Below, one piece after another: positions 25,314 through 40,526 of a DNA stretch of 64,000 nt. The notes under the pieces were generated by a model that did no database searches, was not told where the DNA came from, and was given only the letters and a program-made list of their open reading frames with translations. Origin of the DNA: Octopus vulgaris (taxonomy: Eukaryota). A program made the translations under genes and the position numbers. Each line of letters opens with the position of its first letter. The stretch's first letter is position 1. The stretch spans positions 109,616,001-109,680,000 of the forward strand of contig OX597819.1 of NCBI GenBank assembly GCA_951406725.2, read 5' to 3'.

Positions 25314-27509
25314 AAAAGAAGCAAACATTAAGCTAGACGGAGAAGTTGCTATTTGCCAGTAGAGAGGGAAAGAGTGCACGATGCTGACTAGAAAGGAAGA
25401 AAGGATAAAGGTGGCTCTGCTCTGGTTGGCTATATGCAAATGAGTTCATTACTGGGGTTCGGAACTCTAGTGGGAAAAAAATTTCGCGTCCTGTCTTGGG
25501 AAGAATATATACGCTCAAGAAACTGGTTAACCGGCTCTATGCTACTTCCGGAGTAACGTGGACTGGCCAGAGTCGATAGTCTTGTGAATTAAATGCCTTG
25601 CAGTATTCACTTCCTGGACTGAAATAACGTGGAATGAAGAACCTTGCTCAAGATTACAACGCACCGTCTTGGCCGAGAATCGAACTCACCACTTGACGAT
25701 TGTAAGCCCAACACCCAATCACTATATTTCATATTTTTGCTTTAGCCATCCCTAAATGTGAGGCTTCATGTCTATATAAGAAATCTTTATTATCACGGAG
25801 TAGAATTGGTAGAGCGACGGTTAGTATTTCTAGCACGAATTAATTATGTTTCTATATGTTCTGTGTTGAAATCTCATCGAAGTTAATTCTGCCTTTTATC
25901 CTTCCGGGATCAGTAAAATAAATTACTTATCATGTACTGAGGTTGATGTTATCGACCAACTCTTCCCCTTCAATCATGAGGGGGTTAGCAAGGTCTTTGG
26001 ATAAACAGAATCATTAAAGTGTTGAAAAAAAATGTTTCGTGATATTTATTCCGGCTCTTTATGTTCAGAGTTCAATTCCCGTTGATGCAAATTAAACTTT
26101 GCTTTCATTTCTTAAGGATAGATAAAATAAAGTACGAAGCGTAATCCTTTCTCCTTAAGATATCTGGTTTTGGGCCTAAATCAGGATTGTGGAAGATGAA
26201 AAATGGGAAGAAGAGCGGGAAAATTGCCTTACGGGATGTAGCAGCATCCATTTCTGCTCTGAGTTACAAACCCACGAGACCAGATTTTACTTTTCCGTCT
26301 TCCCGTGTGTGTGTGTGTGTGTGGTAAAATAAATTTCTAGTTAAGCAATGGAATTGCCATTGTCGATGGCTCACTGTGCCAATAATATTATGTCATTATA
26401 TTATAATTATATGGGTACACTGCTAATTTTCCGATATTCTTGATTCCAAAGCCTTAACGGATTAACCTTTTGGCCGGACCATCTGTGGACACGTAATAAT
26501 GATTCATCAACACATCTCTAAACTACTAATTATACACTTCCTGAGTACTTCCTCAGACATCCTAAGTCTAAAGTACAATGAACAGCAAGAGACTTAAATT
26601 AAACAATCACAGAATATTTATTTAGATTAATCTATCATTGGCGCTCTTAATAGTATTACTTGTTGTAGCCATAGCTTAAGGTAACGTTAGGCTAAATAAG
26701 TAGAGGATCCGTCAGCGCTTACATGTGCAGTGTAAATAATGCTTGTAAATATAAGGTACACACAACGCCACCTGCGATCACGCGGTGAACTGGATTAGTG
26801 GCCACGTGAATTTCAAGCTCCTCATGTAGTTTATCCGGATTAAAGAAGGTTCCGGACCTTCAGTTGCTGGAAGACCGGCAATGTACTTGTATAATATTAT
26901 AATAGTAATTATGTTTTGGTTGTCTCGACGTTTGTGTGTTCCAGTATTAGGCTGTAAACAACATTAACTATGGAAGAAAATCGAACGATTTAACATAATG
27001 GATTCTAATTTAGGTATGAGGCCAGCGATTTTGAAAGGAGGATGATAGTCGTTTCCATTGACCCAAGTACTCTGACTGGTACCAAAAATGACCTCGGGAA
27101 GATTTGAACTAAAAAAAAAAAGAACTGGAGCAAATTTGGTAAGTCAGTTTTTTTCCCCGACGCTCTAACGATTCTGCCAGATTGTTGCCTTGACCAAAAA
27201 TTTAACAAACTGGAACATGTATGAGAGTGACACTTTAAACTTGTTTAACTTTGGGGGAAAAAAATCAAAAATATAATTCAAATTTCAAACAAAATGGAAG
27301 ACAAATAAAAATATATAATTTTAGGCACCAAAATACCTACAAAACGTGGAATTCCCACGAGTTCCTCTACTTATAATTAATAAACTACATGACATTTAAG
27401 ACATGAATCTACAACATAATTTCTTATGTTTGTCTTATACTGTAACCATTTATTCTGTTCTGAGTGTAGAGGGGTGTGACAGCTGAGAAAGAGATAGATA
27501 GAAAGATTG

Positions 27510-27564
<55 letters not shown>

Positions 27565-28030
27565 AAGATGCAACTGGGTCTAGATTTTATTGTAATTAGC
27601 TAATTATGTTTTCCCCTTTACGGTAAAGCTGAATGTACATGGAATTAATTATTATAGCATCGTCTTTAGAGTACATCACGTACTCTTTCTAATCTTTTGT
27701 CTTTTCTATCTTTAACTTGTTTCAGTCAAAGGACTGTGGTCATGTTGGAGCACCACCTTGAATGGATTAGTAGAACAAATCAATCTCAGTCCCTACTTTT
27801 TTCTAAAGACTGGTACTTATTCTATCAACTGCTTTGCTGAATCCCTAACCTACGGGAACGCAAACAAACCGAAACCGTTTGTCTAGCAAAGAAATATAAA
27901 CAGAGCACAAACACAAACACAACTACTGTTGATTTTCTGCCGTATGTTTCAGTGTTATTGGTGGTTTAAATGAGGGTTTTAACTCTTCTTTCTAGCAGGT
28001 AAGCGCCTTGTGCACCCTTATGTATATATA

Positions 28031-28533
28031 GTTCTATATTTAAGAGATGAGGAATTATGTACATTATTTACATTTGACCGATATTTGTCCTCATCTTGTT
28101 TGTTGTTAACACAACATTTCGGCTGACATATCCTCCAGCCTTCGTCTCGGGGGAAATTTCGAACATGGGTTCTCATTCCTAAGGTATTTTTCGATGTTGT
28201 TGTTGTTGTTGTTGTTGTTGTTATTATTATTATTATTATTATTCAGGTCACTGCCTGGAATCGAACTGATTAGTAGTCCGCGCTCTTAACCACTACGCCA
28301 TATGCCCGTGGGCAATTATGGAGTGAATTTTAGGGCTTACGAATCTAATACTTTCCTATCCTTCCTTAATCCCGGTTCCCATATGCCATTCATATCTGCA
28401 CTCGGTCTACTTAGGAGGTTGTGTCCTAGCATATGTGCTGCTTCTTTTAGTTTTCGTAGTTTCCAGTGGTGTTCTCTGTCTATTATTTTAACTTCATCCC
28501 ACAGGGGGAGGTGGTCTCCATTTTTCCATACAT
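28031..28533 (-). mobile_element. Penelope-like element 3' end: GIY-YIG C-terminus, tRNA-like cassette, microsatellite and decayed HHR
   Basis: ORF remnant HVWKNGDHLPLWDEVKIIDREHHWKLRKLKEAAHM..LLSR (typical PLE endonuclease C-terminus). Downstream sequence is colinear with both arms of 45160-45908. Confidence 0.8.
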
Positions 28534-29066
28534 GACCAAGGAACTGCGTAGTGGGACTGAACCCGAAACCATGTGGTTGCAAAATTAGTTCCTTAACCAC
28601 ATATAATCATTCCTGCACGTGTAGTATTGAATAATAATTTTTAATTTGGGTACAAGGCCAATGATTTTGAAAGGATGAAGCTAGCCAATTACTTCGACTC
28701 CAGCGATTGGCCGACACCCTAATTTTTGACCCCGGAAGAATAAAAGGTAAAGTTGACATCGGCGTGATTTGAACTCATAACGTAAAGAACCGGAATAAAT
28801 ACTGCAAGGTATTTCTAAAATGGGTTCAAATTTTGACACAAGGCCAGCAATTTCGAAGGAGGGGGTAAACGATTACATCGAGTCCAGTGCTCAGCTGGTG
28901 TTTATTTTATCGACCCCGAAGGCAAAGTCAGCTTCGGTTGGCATTTGAACTCAGAACGTAAAGAGCCAGAATAAATGCGTACTACAAGTTATTTCTAATA
29001 CTGGGAGAAAGTTATAGCCAACTGACAGCGTTGACGATGTAGAACAGCTGCATGATGTAGAACATA

Positions 29067-29158
<92 letters not shown>

Positions 29159-29484
29159 TACGTACACACATACATACACACTCACCCCTTTCAATATAAG
29201 CGTTAATTAGTCTATTAGAAAAGAACACGAACGAACAGAGAATCTATGGAATATGTTATTATTTCGATAGAAAGTCTGCAGCACAAAGTAAAAATAACAA
29301 TACTTAGATCTTTTGTCTTTCAGACCATTCCCTATCACGATTACAGTACAGCACTCTTCTATAATTAAGTATCGATTTCCAAGTGTTCCACAGAAGCTGG
29401 AGCAGAGAGGAAGTCGATTTAATCGATCCTGATACATAACTGGTATTTGTTTTAATCAAACACTTAGCTTTTATCTTCTAATAG

Positions 29485-29638
29485 CGCAGGCGTGGCTGTA
29501 TGGTAAGAAGTTTGCTTCCATAGTTTCGAGTTCAATTCCAGTGCGTTGCACCCGAGGCAATTGTCTTTTACTATAGTCCTGAGCCGATCAGAGCTCTGTG
29601 AGTGGATGTGGTTGATGGAACCTGAAAGAAGCCCGTAC

Positions 29639-29679
<41 letters not shown>

Positions 29680-29680
29680 A
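29485..29680 (+). mobile_element. SINE family C 5' half
   Basis: GCGCAGGCGTGGCTGTATGGTAAGAAG...GAAAGAAGCCCGT followed by (TA)(TG). Confidence 0.75.
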
Positions 29681-29689
29681 TTAATAATA

Positions 29690-29731
<42 letters not shown>

Positions 29732-29876
29732 TGACAACAAAAGAATGAATAAGACCTCGATATTATGTAAATAGAGGAATTTATCTATAAATATAATATG
29801 TGACAATTAGTTGGCTGTCATAATAAAAATCAGAGTTTTGGATGCCGGGGCTGAAGTTTACTCCGGCATCTGACAC

Positions 29877-29945
<69 letters not shown>

Positions 29946-30456
29946 TATATATATGGCGCTAAAACAGAGTTAGTACAGAAGCAATTTAACTTTTCATTAA
30001 AGACGTACATAAATAAAACGCCTCGCAGTATCTGTTCTGGTTCTCTGTGGTCAGAGATCAAATCTAGCCAGAGTCAACTTTAATCCTTTTGGCGTTGATA
30101 ACAAAGTAACAATTCAGTGGTCGGTGGGTACGGCCGAACTGTACGAACGCTGGGCCTTGTGCCTTGCTCTGTTTCTTTGCGTTCTGACAGCAACACCTTC
30201 AACATGATTGATGCTAAACTGTTTCAGTCCACGTCGGCAGCATTTCTCATAGATAAATATCGATGACGTGGAGAAGGGAGTCTTGCATGGATAGGAAACT
30301 ATAGTCTTTCTTGAAAAAAAAAAAAAAAATGTTAACCTTCACGACCATGAGCAGATGCATGTCAACCATGATAAACGGAGCACCTAGTAGTAGTAGTAGT
30401 GGTGGTGTAGTAGCTAGAATCTTTCTGGTACCTTTTTAAGTTCTGCCAATTGTCTG

Positions 30457-30501
<45 letters not shown>

Positions 30502-31627
30502 AAGAAAAGATAACTCCAAATATTTCTGTTCGTGTAAAATCTTCTCTGCGTTAATGTGTTTCAGGTTATCTTCTCTTGAATTAGCTTGGTACCACACACC
30601 TGTCAGTCTTAACAATTCTAGCTTCCTTTGCTTTTCCTCCTTTCGGGGTCGATAAAATAAGTATCAGTTGAACACTGGTATTGATGTAACCAACTTATTC
30701 TTCCCTCAAAATTGCTGGTTTTGTACCAAAATTTGAAGCCATTATCACTTCAAACGTTATTTCCCCTTTATTCGCAACGTACAGTATTACTACACTCTAT
30801 CTTTTACGGAGACAATTCGGAATCATTTTCGTCGTCAGTCGGCCTATCAAAAATAGGGGATAAATCTATATCATATCACAGCTTATTGTTGTAAAAAAGG
30901 ATAATATAATCACAAATGTACAAAAGACAGAAAGGTCACTGCTGGAACGCCTTTCATTATATGTCTATTCTGTCAGAATCTACTTTCTATTTACTTTAAT
31001 CGCAATTTAGTGGATTTTCCTCTCCTTTAGTTACAATGGCTTTGGGGACGTAATTCTCTACATCGGGCAATAAATTTTTGAGTTTTCTTATCTAAACCAA
31101 TTCTTCTTTTCCGATTTTAGGATTACCCTGTTGCACTCCGATCCAAAATTTATGAGCCTTATGTTAATGGAGAGGATATTAATTTAATCTTTTAGCTTAA
31201 GTTTAATCAATAATTTTAACCCTCTGTAGTATTGTTTCTGAAATGTTCCTTCATGTTGGATTTTCTTATCTTATATTAGTGCTGTTATAACTGAAAATTT
31301 ATTGTCTTCTGTATCTAACTCGCTAGGTTTATGATTTTCGTATCTCGTAATAGTATCTTAATATTTTCCACGATCATCCGTAAACAGAATGGGATTTACT
31401 TTTATGTGACAGATTTAGTCTGTTTCCCGTTTCTCTCAGTTTAACCCCACCACTACCTCCACCACCACCGCGGCCCTCATTACATTCATCAGAAACTATT
31501 TTGCTGAAAGTATTTGTTCCAGACTAAGATATGTTATCCTCATTATTCCTCGCTCAGTCTTGGAGACTGCAAAAAAAGGTCATGGCATACATACAGATAT
31601 AACATTAACTCAATAATTTCTCCATGA

Positions 31628-32425
31628 AAGGCAGCGATCTGGTTGAAACGTTAGCACGCCGGGCGAAATGCTTAGCGGCATTTCGTCTGAATTCAAAATT
31701 CGCCGAGGTCGACTTTGCCTTTCATTCTTTCGGGGTCGATTAAATAAGTACCAGTTGTATACTGGGGTCGATCTAATCAACTGCCCCTCACCCTATCGCC
31801 AAAAGTTTCGGGCCTTGTGCCTAGAGTAAAAAATAATTATTTCTTCATTAATTTGGAAGCAAGCTGGCAGAAACGGTAGCACGCCGGGCGAAATACTTAG
31901 TGGTATTACGTCTGCCGTCACATTCTGATTTCAAATTCCGCCGAGGTCAACTTTACCTTTCATCCTTTCGTGGTCGATTAATTAAGTACCAGTTACGCAC
32001 TGGGTTCGATATAATCGACTTAATCCGTTTGCCTGTCCTTGTTCGTTCCCTCGGTGTTTAACCCCTTGCGGGTAGTAAGGAAATAGGTATTTCGTCTGCC
32101 GTTACGTTCTGAGTTCAAATTCCGCTGAGGTCGACTTTGCCTTTCACCCTTTCGGGGTCGATAAACTAAGTACCAGTTATGCACTGGGTTCGATATAATC
32201 GACTTAATCCATTTGTCTGTTCATGTTTGTCCTCTCTGTGTTTAGCCCCTTATGGGTAGTAAAGAAATAGGTATTCCGTCATTTCGTCTATCTTTACTTT
32301 CTGAGTTCGAATTCCGCCGAGGTCGACTTTGCCTTTCATCCTTCGAGATAAATTAAGCACCAGTTGCGTACTGGGTCGATCTAATCGACTGCCCCACCCC
32401 AAAAAAAAAATTTCGGGCCTTGTGC
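31628..32425 (+). mobile_element. SINE family B cluster and tandem array (4 bodies)
   Basis: Two heads (31628, ~31858). GAAATAGGTATT junctions near 32085 and 32270. Confidence 0.88.
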
Positions 32426-33176
32426 ATACATCTTTACCGAAGTAAATTTATTTTACATTTGCTCATACTCCACAACCAACTTATACATATTTCATGATAT
32501 CTCTATCATCTCTAAGTATTCGTTCATCCAAGAATAATAACTTATGTAGAAGATCTTTCTGTTATTAATCACTCCATGCTAAGGCCGGATCTATATTTTC
32601 TTTTCCAGCAGTTATGGTGTTTTAATTTTGTTAATAAATCTAATTACGTTTACTTTTTCTTCAGTATCTTTTCTACTTTAGTGTTAAAATATAGGTATCA
32701 ACATATTTTATTGATGCATAAGGTGGAGAAGTAGAAAAGTCGTTTTAGCGTCGGATAAATTGTGGTATCCGTTCCGGCACTTCTCACTGAGTTCACATGT
32801 CTGTTGAATGTTCAACCACTTGCATGCTAATTTCACGAGCAGGCTGTTCCGTTGATCGGATCAACTGGAACCCTCGTCGTCGCTACCGACGGAGTGCTAC
32901 ATTATACCTGCCAATAACTTTAACTCTTGGCCTATCCAAAGCATTTTCATAAATTTATTCTTAACGGCCATGCTTGTTTCCAGATTTTTGTTTATCTTTA
33001 TTTCAGCTCTGAGTAATATAAAGTTTCCCTTTCATAAGTCCAAAATTATACTAGTGGTCAAATAAAATTGGTAATATATATTTTATATGATGCACGGACG
33101 CAAAGGAAATACGGTCTGTGTGTCACATGAGATACACAGGACAGGCAAACGGTTAATATTATTAGGTGACCCGTCC

Positions 33177-33395
33177 AGGCGGCGAGTTGGCAGACTCGCT
33201 TGCACGTCGGGCAAAATGCTAAGCAGCACTTCATTCGTCTTAACGTTCGGAGTTCAAATTCCGCCGAGGTTGACTTTGCCTTTTATCCTTTCGGAGGCGA
33301 TGAAATAAGTACCAGTTATGCACTGAGGTCGATGTAATCGACTTATCCTCTTCCACCAAAATTTCGAGCCCTGTGCCTTTAGTAGAAAGGATTAT
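33177..33395 (+). mobile_element. SINE family B, diverged single copy
   Basis: AGGCGGCGAGTTGGCAGA head; GAGTTCAAATTCCGCCGAGGTTGACTTTGCC. Confidence 0.8.
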
Positions 33396-36308
33396 TAGTT
33401 GATACATTCTTCAATTAAAACTGTCATCAGTGATATTATTTGTACTTGGCCCCTTCAGTTATAGACCAATTCTTCAGTCTTACTTGATGCCATGTATTCT
33501 AGTAAACACAGTACATGTTTAACCGTTTAATAAATTTCCTATGACAAGGAGATGTTTCTCTTAAAACCAAAAGTTTTGCAGTTAAGCAGTTGAAGCGAAT
33601 TTTTAGTTGGGTGTATCGGGATTTGCTTTCCTATTATTACAAGACCTGTTAGCATTGCAAACATATTTGCAGTACATTCAAGAATGTTTGAATTTTCTGT
33701 TGCAATTTCCTTGAGCCACCTAACACCTTGTTCCAATAACGGTTGTTTAAAAATGTTGAATCGCCCAACATATTCGAATATTATTTGCTGCAATAATATT
33801 TGTTTCAATAATGTTGAATGGCTCAATCTCATATCTCAACATTGTTTGCATTTTACAGCATTAAATTCTGTTATTCAGTAGTTTTAGTGTCCACTCACTA
33901 AAATAGTAAAACAAATTTTGTTTTGTGACGAAGATATAGTTTTGCTTTTACTGTTGTGTGTTCTGCAAAACTTTTCGATTTATATTTTTACTATTACTGT
34001 CTCTTAGTAGTAACCTTGTGGTGGGAAGGTTGGGATAACCATCATAAGGTTTGAGTTCAATTTCTGTACCCGGCAGTGTATTATACTCTTGACGAAGATT
34101 CTTTATTTCATTTGCTCTAGTTTACTCAGCTGAAATGAGTACCAACCGGATGCTGGGACAGCCCTTTCTCTCTCTCTCTAGCAGTTAAATCTACATTATT
34201 CTGCTGGGTGTCTATGTTTGCTTACATTCACATATGCGTTTAAAATAATAAGTAAAAACATGATGCATGCAAGCAAGCCGTAGTGATTTCCATGTGATGA
34301 CAATAGATTGTTTAGTCTGCGACGGAACGGTAACGCATCTGAATCTTTTCAGAGATTCTGAAATTAGTAGCAGACAGGAAAGAATATATTATCGTCACAT
34401 CTGAGAATCGACTCCAATGCTTACAACAGAGGAACCTCACTTGATGTTCCCCAGGTCTAAGTTGTAATGCAAAATGGGGTGGCGGTTTAAGTCCACAGCC
34501 CCAAAAGAGAAACGGTTGTGTGGATCACCAGTTTTTTTTTATTACAGTGAAGATTTCTTTGTTTCCTGCGCTTATTGTCACCCAAGGACCGAACATTATA
34601 GTTTATTTTACGATTTGCCATTCATTATTTGCTTCTTAATACACTAATATGCCTATGCAGTCTTTTGGTGCTATCTTTGATCAATTTTCTTCTACAGCTC
34701 CGATATTTTAATCGATTCTTCTGTATTAAATCCTAAAGTCTTTGTATAAATTTTAGTAGCATATTTAGTGGCTTGCTCATCTGTGGCATCTCTTTCGAAG
34801 GTTTTAACGAATTTGACCTGCTGTGAGCAGATTCAGTTCGTAATTGACGCTTAGTCGTAAATAGGTCTGTCACATATAGGTTTAGATTTATAAATACCAA
34901 GTTAGCAATGTTAAAATCGAAAATGTAAATTTGACAACATCTGTATGATGTAAACCTGCATAATCTTACGAACCATGATGTAAGCTTAAAGAATTATATT
35001 TGTACCAACATGAACAAAATATTAGCTGACGGCTCACCTTAAACTATAAGACAACACACATGTTAAGATGATGATAGATCCTCAGTCAGTTTCGACGACA
35101 AGCATATAGTTGTTCGACCGACTAAACTACGCAGTTATTTAACATATAAATGTTGGAGTAGTTCTCAGACACATTTATTTGTAGCGTAATTTTCAGAACG
35201 AATCAGTGTGACACGATACTTGATAAGTGCTATACGTTTGAATTACAGTTCCCATTGATTCCACTTCACTCTCGAGGATTGCATTGACTCGAAATTATGC
35301 TAGTAGTCACCAAAAACGCAACGCAGTGGAATTAAACCCGAGATATCATGATTGTGAAGTGAATTGTTTAACCTTTCGAAAATGACGGCTTTCATAAATA
35401 AAATAATATTAATAAACTATAAGATAACATAATATAAAGGTATGCAATACACATAAAGTCAATTCATATAATTGCACGTTTTGCTAGAAATAGTAACCAA
35501 GCTTCCCTCAACTAACACCTTCCCATCTGAACAATATAGTTCAATGTACACTATATGAATAAAAGAAGTGTTGCTTATAACTTGAATGCTTTTGATCAAA
35601 GTTGTTTTTAATCAGTGGGTTATTTACATTTGATCCATAGAAGAACTAAAAGCATTTGAGTTTAAAACATTACATATAAAAAAAACATGTATAAATTTAT
35701 ATGTGTATGTATACTTGTGCAGTGAGCTCAATTATTGACTGAGTGATAGGAGCATCATTGTGACATACAACCTGCAATAGGAATTTTAAGCCTGGTAGAA
35801 CCCATTTCTCTCAAGGTCTGAACGCTGCCGATTTCCTTCAGAGAGAAAGAGAATGAATTACAGTTCCTGATTGGTAATTTATTTACTCTTCCCAAAACGA
35901 TGAAAAGTAAAGTTGACTTCGGTGGGATATGAACTTATAGCGCTGAGAGCCAGAACATATATTGCAAAGTACTTTACCCAACTCTCTAATTACTGAACCA
36001 GTCAACCCCCTTATAACAAGTACGTAATCTTTTGGTGGTTTCTTTTTATTCTAGTCCAATTAAAGAAGCGAGCTGTCAGATTCGTTAGAGCGTCGGATAA
36101 TTTGTGTTGTGTCACTCGTTCCGGCCCTTCACGTTCTGAGCTCAAATCCTACTGAGGTCAATATCGCCACTCATCTCTCTAGTGTCGATAAAATAAAGCA
36201 CTAGTCAAGTACTAGGATCGATGGTATGAATAATTCCTTCCCTTTAAAATTACAGCCCTTGTGCCTATACCAGAAACAATTATTTCAGCCCGCTTCGTTG
36301 CCGTAGAG

Positions 36309-36446
36309 CAGTGTTTCTCAACCTTTTTACCCTTGCGTAACCCTTAAAATAAATTACATTCTTCAAGGAACCCCTGCATAAAAAAATGATATACCATATC
36401 TTTCTCATATTTTTTCATCGTAGATCACGTGGTAAATATCATATAT

Positions 36447-36508
<62 letters not shown>

Positions 36509-36518
36509 ATATATAATG

Positions 36519-36567
<49 letters not shown>

Positions 36568-36611
36568 GTATATATATATGTATATATATATATGTATATA
36601 TATATATGTAA

Positions 36612-36643
<32 letters not shown>

Positions 36644-36792
36644 CAATATATGTATATATATATGTATATATATATATGTATATATATATATGTAAATATA
36701 TATATATATATATATGTATATATATGTAAATATATATATATATATGTATATATATATATGTAAATATATATATATATGTATATATATATATG

Positions 36793-36841
<49 letters not shown>

Positions 36842-36842
36842 G

Positions 36843-36876
<34 letters not shown>

Positions 36877-37766
36877 TATACATATATACATATATATGTA
36901 TATATATATATGTATATATATATGTATATATTGGAAAAGAGGATGCCCTGAAACTCCCATACTCCCTTCCTTCAGGTGAAACTCTCTCGGCGTCCAACAA
37001 CATCAGAGACCTGGGAGTAATTGTGGACAACAACATAAGCTGGGCCACTCATATAAACACCAAAGTTGACATGGCCCGCAGAATGTGTTCCTGGATTCTC
37101 AGAACTTTCCAGTCGAGAGATATCCACACCATTATCCTTCTCTTCTCCACTTTTGCCCGACCCCACCTTGAATACTGTTGTCCACTGTGGTCTCCCCACA
37201 CAATACAAGGTATCATAAAAGTTGAAGCACCTCAAAGGGCAATCACAAAAAAGATAGATGGCATGACAGGCCTCGACTATTGGGGTCGACTAGAAAAGCT
37301 AAAACTCTATTCTCTCCAACGTCGTCGTGAGCGCTACATCATCTGCATGATGTGGAAAATATTCCATCAGCATTGCCCAAATGATGTTGGCATCACCTTT
37401 AAGGTACATCCAAGGCTTGGGCCCCGTGCCATCCGCCCAAAACAAAAATCGCACTCTCATCTCATAACAACAATACGGCACAATTATTTCACCTCAATTG
37501 GCCCCGCCTCTCTTTAACATTACACCAAAACACATTAAAACAGAAACTGACCCTATAGGGTTCAAGAAGTCTTTGGACAGATTCCTTCAAGAAATCCCGG
37601 ATAAACCCCCTACACCCGGATATGTCTCTGTAAACAATAACTCTCTACTTGAGTGGGCCATAGTGCCCAAATTCTGACTTGAAAGACTTCACCAGGTGGT
37701 GCTATTAAGTTAGACATGGCCTGGGCCAATAATGGCCGAAACCTATCAAAGTATCAAAGTATCAAA

Positions 37767-37846
<80 letters not shown>

Positions 37847-38043
37847 GATTGCTATGCTTTTTTTGATAACGTAATAGGCTAGATAGGATGATGTCTATAT
37901 TAGAATATTACAATAACCAATAATATGTTGTGCATGTATTATACATGACGTTAGCTTTAACTTATCTCACTCTTTCTTGCGGAACCCCTAGGAACCTTTT
38001 GCGGAACCTTAGGGTTCCGGGGAATCCCGGTTAAGAAACGCTG
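36309..38043. mobile_element. Non-autonomous hAT (Charlie-like) DNA transposon, interrupted by (TA)n and a LINE
   Basis: TIRs CAGTGTTTCTCAACC / GGTTAAGAAACGCTG. Perfect 8-bp TSD CCGTAGAG at 36301-36308 and 38044-38051. Subterminal GGAACCC repeats. Confidence 0.9.
36931..37769 (+). mobile_element. CR1-group LINE, 5'-truncated (ORF2 C-terminus, 3' UTR, (TATCAAAG)3 tail)
   Basis: [60 protein letters not shown] in ORF 36714-37517. One frameshift near 37510. Tandem octamer tail. Confidence 0.88.
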
Positions 38044-39667
38044 CCGTAGAGATTGCAGTGGCATCTCAGTAACCGCAGTGACAGTAGTGCAATAGTGCAA
38101 AATCAAAACGTGTGTTTCGTTGGCTTGTCACCTCGAGACCCATTCCTCCAGCTTCACAGTGAGATTTGTAACGAATCCGCCATTCTGTTGCTCTTGGCTA
38201 GTGTTTCGCTTTATCGGCACTGGATTGAGGAAAGGGAAATTCGATGTCAGTAGGATTTGAACTCAGACAGCTTGGTATGCAATAGATATCACAAAGCATT
38301 TCGTCTACAACTCATGCTGTATTATACAGTTATGTATTATACGTAGTTTTACGTATTATACATGCGTTTAAATACTATATAAATATTAAGTGTTATCCGC
38401 AGTAAACGTATATCAGCATACGTAGTCTCGTGTATTATACACTGTTTTATATGTTGAAAGGAGTTTGAACATTTTATACTAACGAAAAAGGAAACAAAGA
38501 TACACATGTCTTTTATACTACTAACTAGAAATCCTGCTGCATTGCAAAGCGACACTGCATATTAATGTTAGTTTGACCGAGAGAAGAAACACTTTTGTTA
38601 ATAACATTAACATTTATCACACAAGTGCAACCTAACATAAATAAACATTTTCTAGGCTTCCGTTTTCATTTATTAAAAAATTCCATTCACGAATTACCAA
38701 ACTCTGATGATATGCAAGCATAGATGATTTATCTACGAGATATTCTGATTTTCCGCATAGTTTTTCTAAGTTATGCGTTAGGCTACGTTGAATTCTGCAA
38801 TATAACATAAATATATCGATCGAGGGGTTAACAAGATTTAGTCCATGTAAACTGCAGCATTATTCATTGGTCAATAATATTGTTTACGACTGTTTCCTTC
38901 CCCCTCCTGCTTTATTTTCTTGTTTATTTGTTTCTTGTAAGATTTATCTATTTGCCCAAATTGGCTGCAGAATTACGAGTTCCTAGTCTTGGTACTTGCA
39001 TGTACATACTTAGGTACATATATTAATATAAACACACACACATGTACAAACATATACATATAAATATACATGCATATCTAATACATGGATCCATACTTAT
39101 CTATGTGTATTTGTTTATATATACATGTTTTTCTTCATTGATTTCCAAATACTTTTCTACACATGCATACACACCTACACACATAGTGAGCGTTTACTGG
39201 TGTGGTTGGTATGACTTCTGTCTGCCGAGTCTGCAATCTAATTTCGTTTCCTACTTACAACCATTTCTCTCCATTAATTTTCTCGAGTAATCTCATGAAC
39301 CTCACAACAAACCAAACACTACAATACCCTTCACGCCTTTATAGAAAATAATAACCCTGTACATGAATGCATTTCACTCAAGATAGCACGAATCTACTTG
39401 AAATTAATACTGATTTCTTTACCATTTATACACGAAAGCCTTTACAGTAGAGAGCTGATTCCCTTAATACAGTATATAGTTGGAACAGCATTGAAGATTT
39501 AGTTTTCATGCAGTGTGCATATGCCTATTGCCTATCATATTAAGCAGATATGAGATAGATCAATGTTTTAATGAATAGAATGCTAGTCCATCTGGAGAAA
39601 TATTCCTAGTAAACCGAATGGAAGGGAATTTAGCTCAGCAAGCTGAAAATCACACATTAAGTTTACA

Positions 39668-39897
39668 GGGCTGCGACCTGGCAGGATCGTTACCACGCCG
39701 GATGCAATGCTTAGTGGTATTTCGTCTGTCTTTCCGTTCTGAGTTCAAATTCCGCCGAGGTCGACTTTGCCTTTCATCCTTTCGGAGTCGATTAAATAAG
39801 AACCAGTTACGCACTGGGGTCGATGTAATCGACTTAATCCGTTTGTCTGTTCTTGTTTGTCCCCTCTACGTTTTGACCCCTGTGGAAATTAAAGAAA
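39668..39897 (+). mobile_element. SINE family B
   Basis: Head plus Meta-like domain plus GTTTGTCTGTTCTTGTTTG tail. Confidence 0.85.
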
Positions 39898-39908
39898 GAA
39901 ATATTTTA

Positions 39909-40170
39909 GGCGCAGGAGTGGCTGTGTGGTAAGAAGCTTGCTTACCAATCACAGGGTTTCAGGTTCAGTCCCATAGCGTGGCATCTTGGGCAAGTGTCTT
40001 CTACTATAGCATCGGGCCGACCAAAGCCTTGTGAGTGGATTTGGTAGGCGGAAACTGAAAGAAGCCCGTCGTATATATGTATATATATATGTGTGTATGT
40101 GTGTGTATATATGTTTGTGTGTCTGTGTTTGTCCCCCCAACATCGCTTGAAAACCGATGCTGGTGTGTTT
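39909..40170 (+). mobile_element. SINE family C (3'-truncated)
   Basis: GGCGCAGGAGTGGCTGTGTGGTAAGAAG head; colinear with 5562-5820. Confidence 0.85.
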
Positions 40171-40339
40171 TCTTTTAATTTTTCTAAGTTTAATTATTTA
40201 ATCGTTACAGTTGTAAAGGTCTCAAAATGACTGAAACCGGTACTGAAATGTTCTTTATAAAATTATTTTAGCATTTTCTATCTTGACTTGTTTTTTCATA
40301 TATATCAACTCGTGTGTTCCTTTTCATCCTTATACATAT

Positions 40340-40399
<60 letters not shown>

Positions 40400-40526
40400 T
40401 AATAAAAGGAATTCCAACCTTGTCTGATTTTCACGTTTTATTTACAATCTTATAATGATATAATATAATATAATATAATATAATATAATATAATAAAATA
40501 ATAGAATGTTAAATGTTCATTCTGAT

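Noticed and set aside
28535-28600. N-terminus of ORF 28337-28600 as part of the PLE protein
   Set aside because: This segment is a family C SINE head that happens to be in frame.
31100-31400. GVQQG-like and FTDD-like RT motifs on the minus strand
   Set aside because: The motif order is wrong for an RT and the sequence is too decayed to call.
33539-33832. 97-aa non-repetitive ORF on the minus strand
   Set aside because: No recognisable motif, an in-frame stop just upstream and no convincing splice sites. A homology search is needed.
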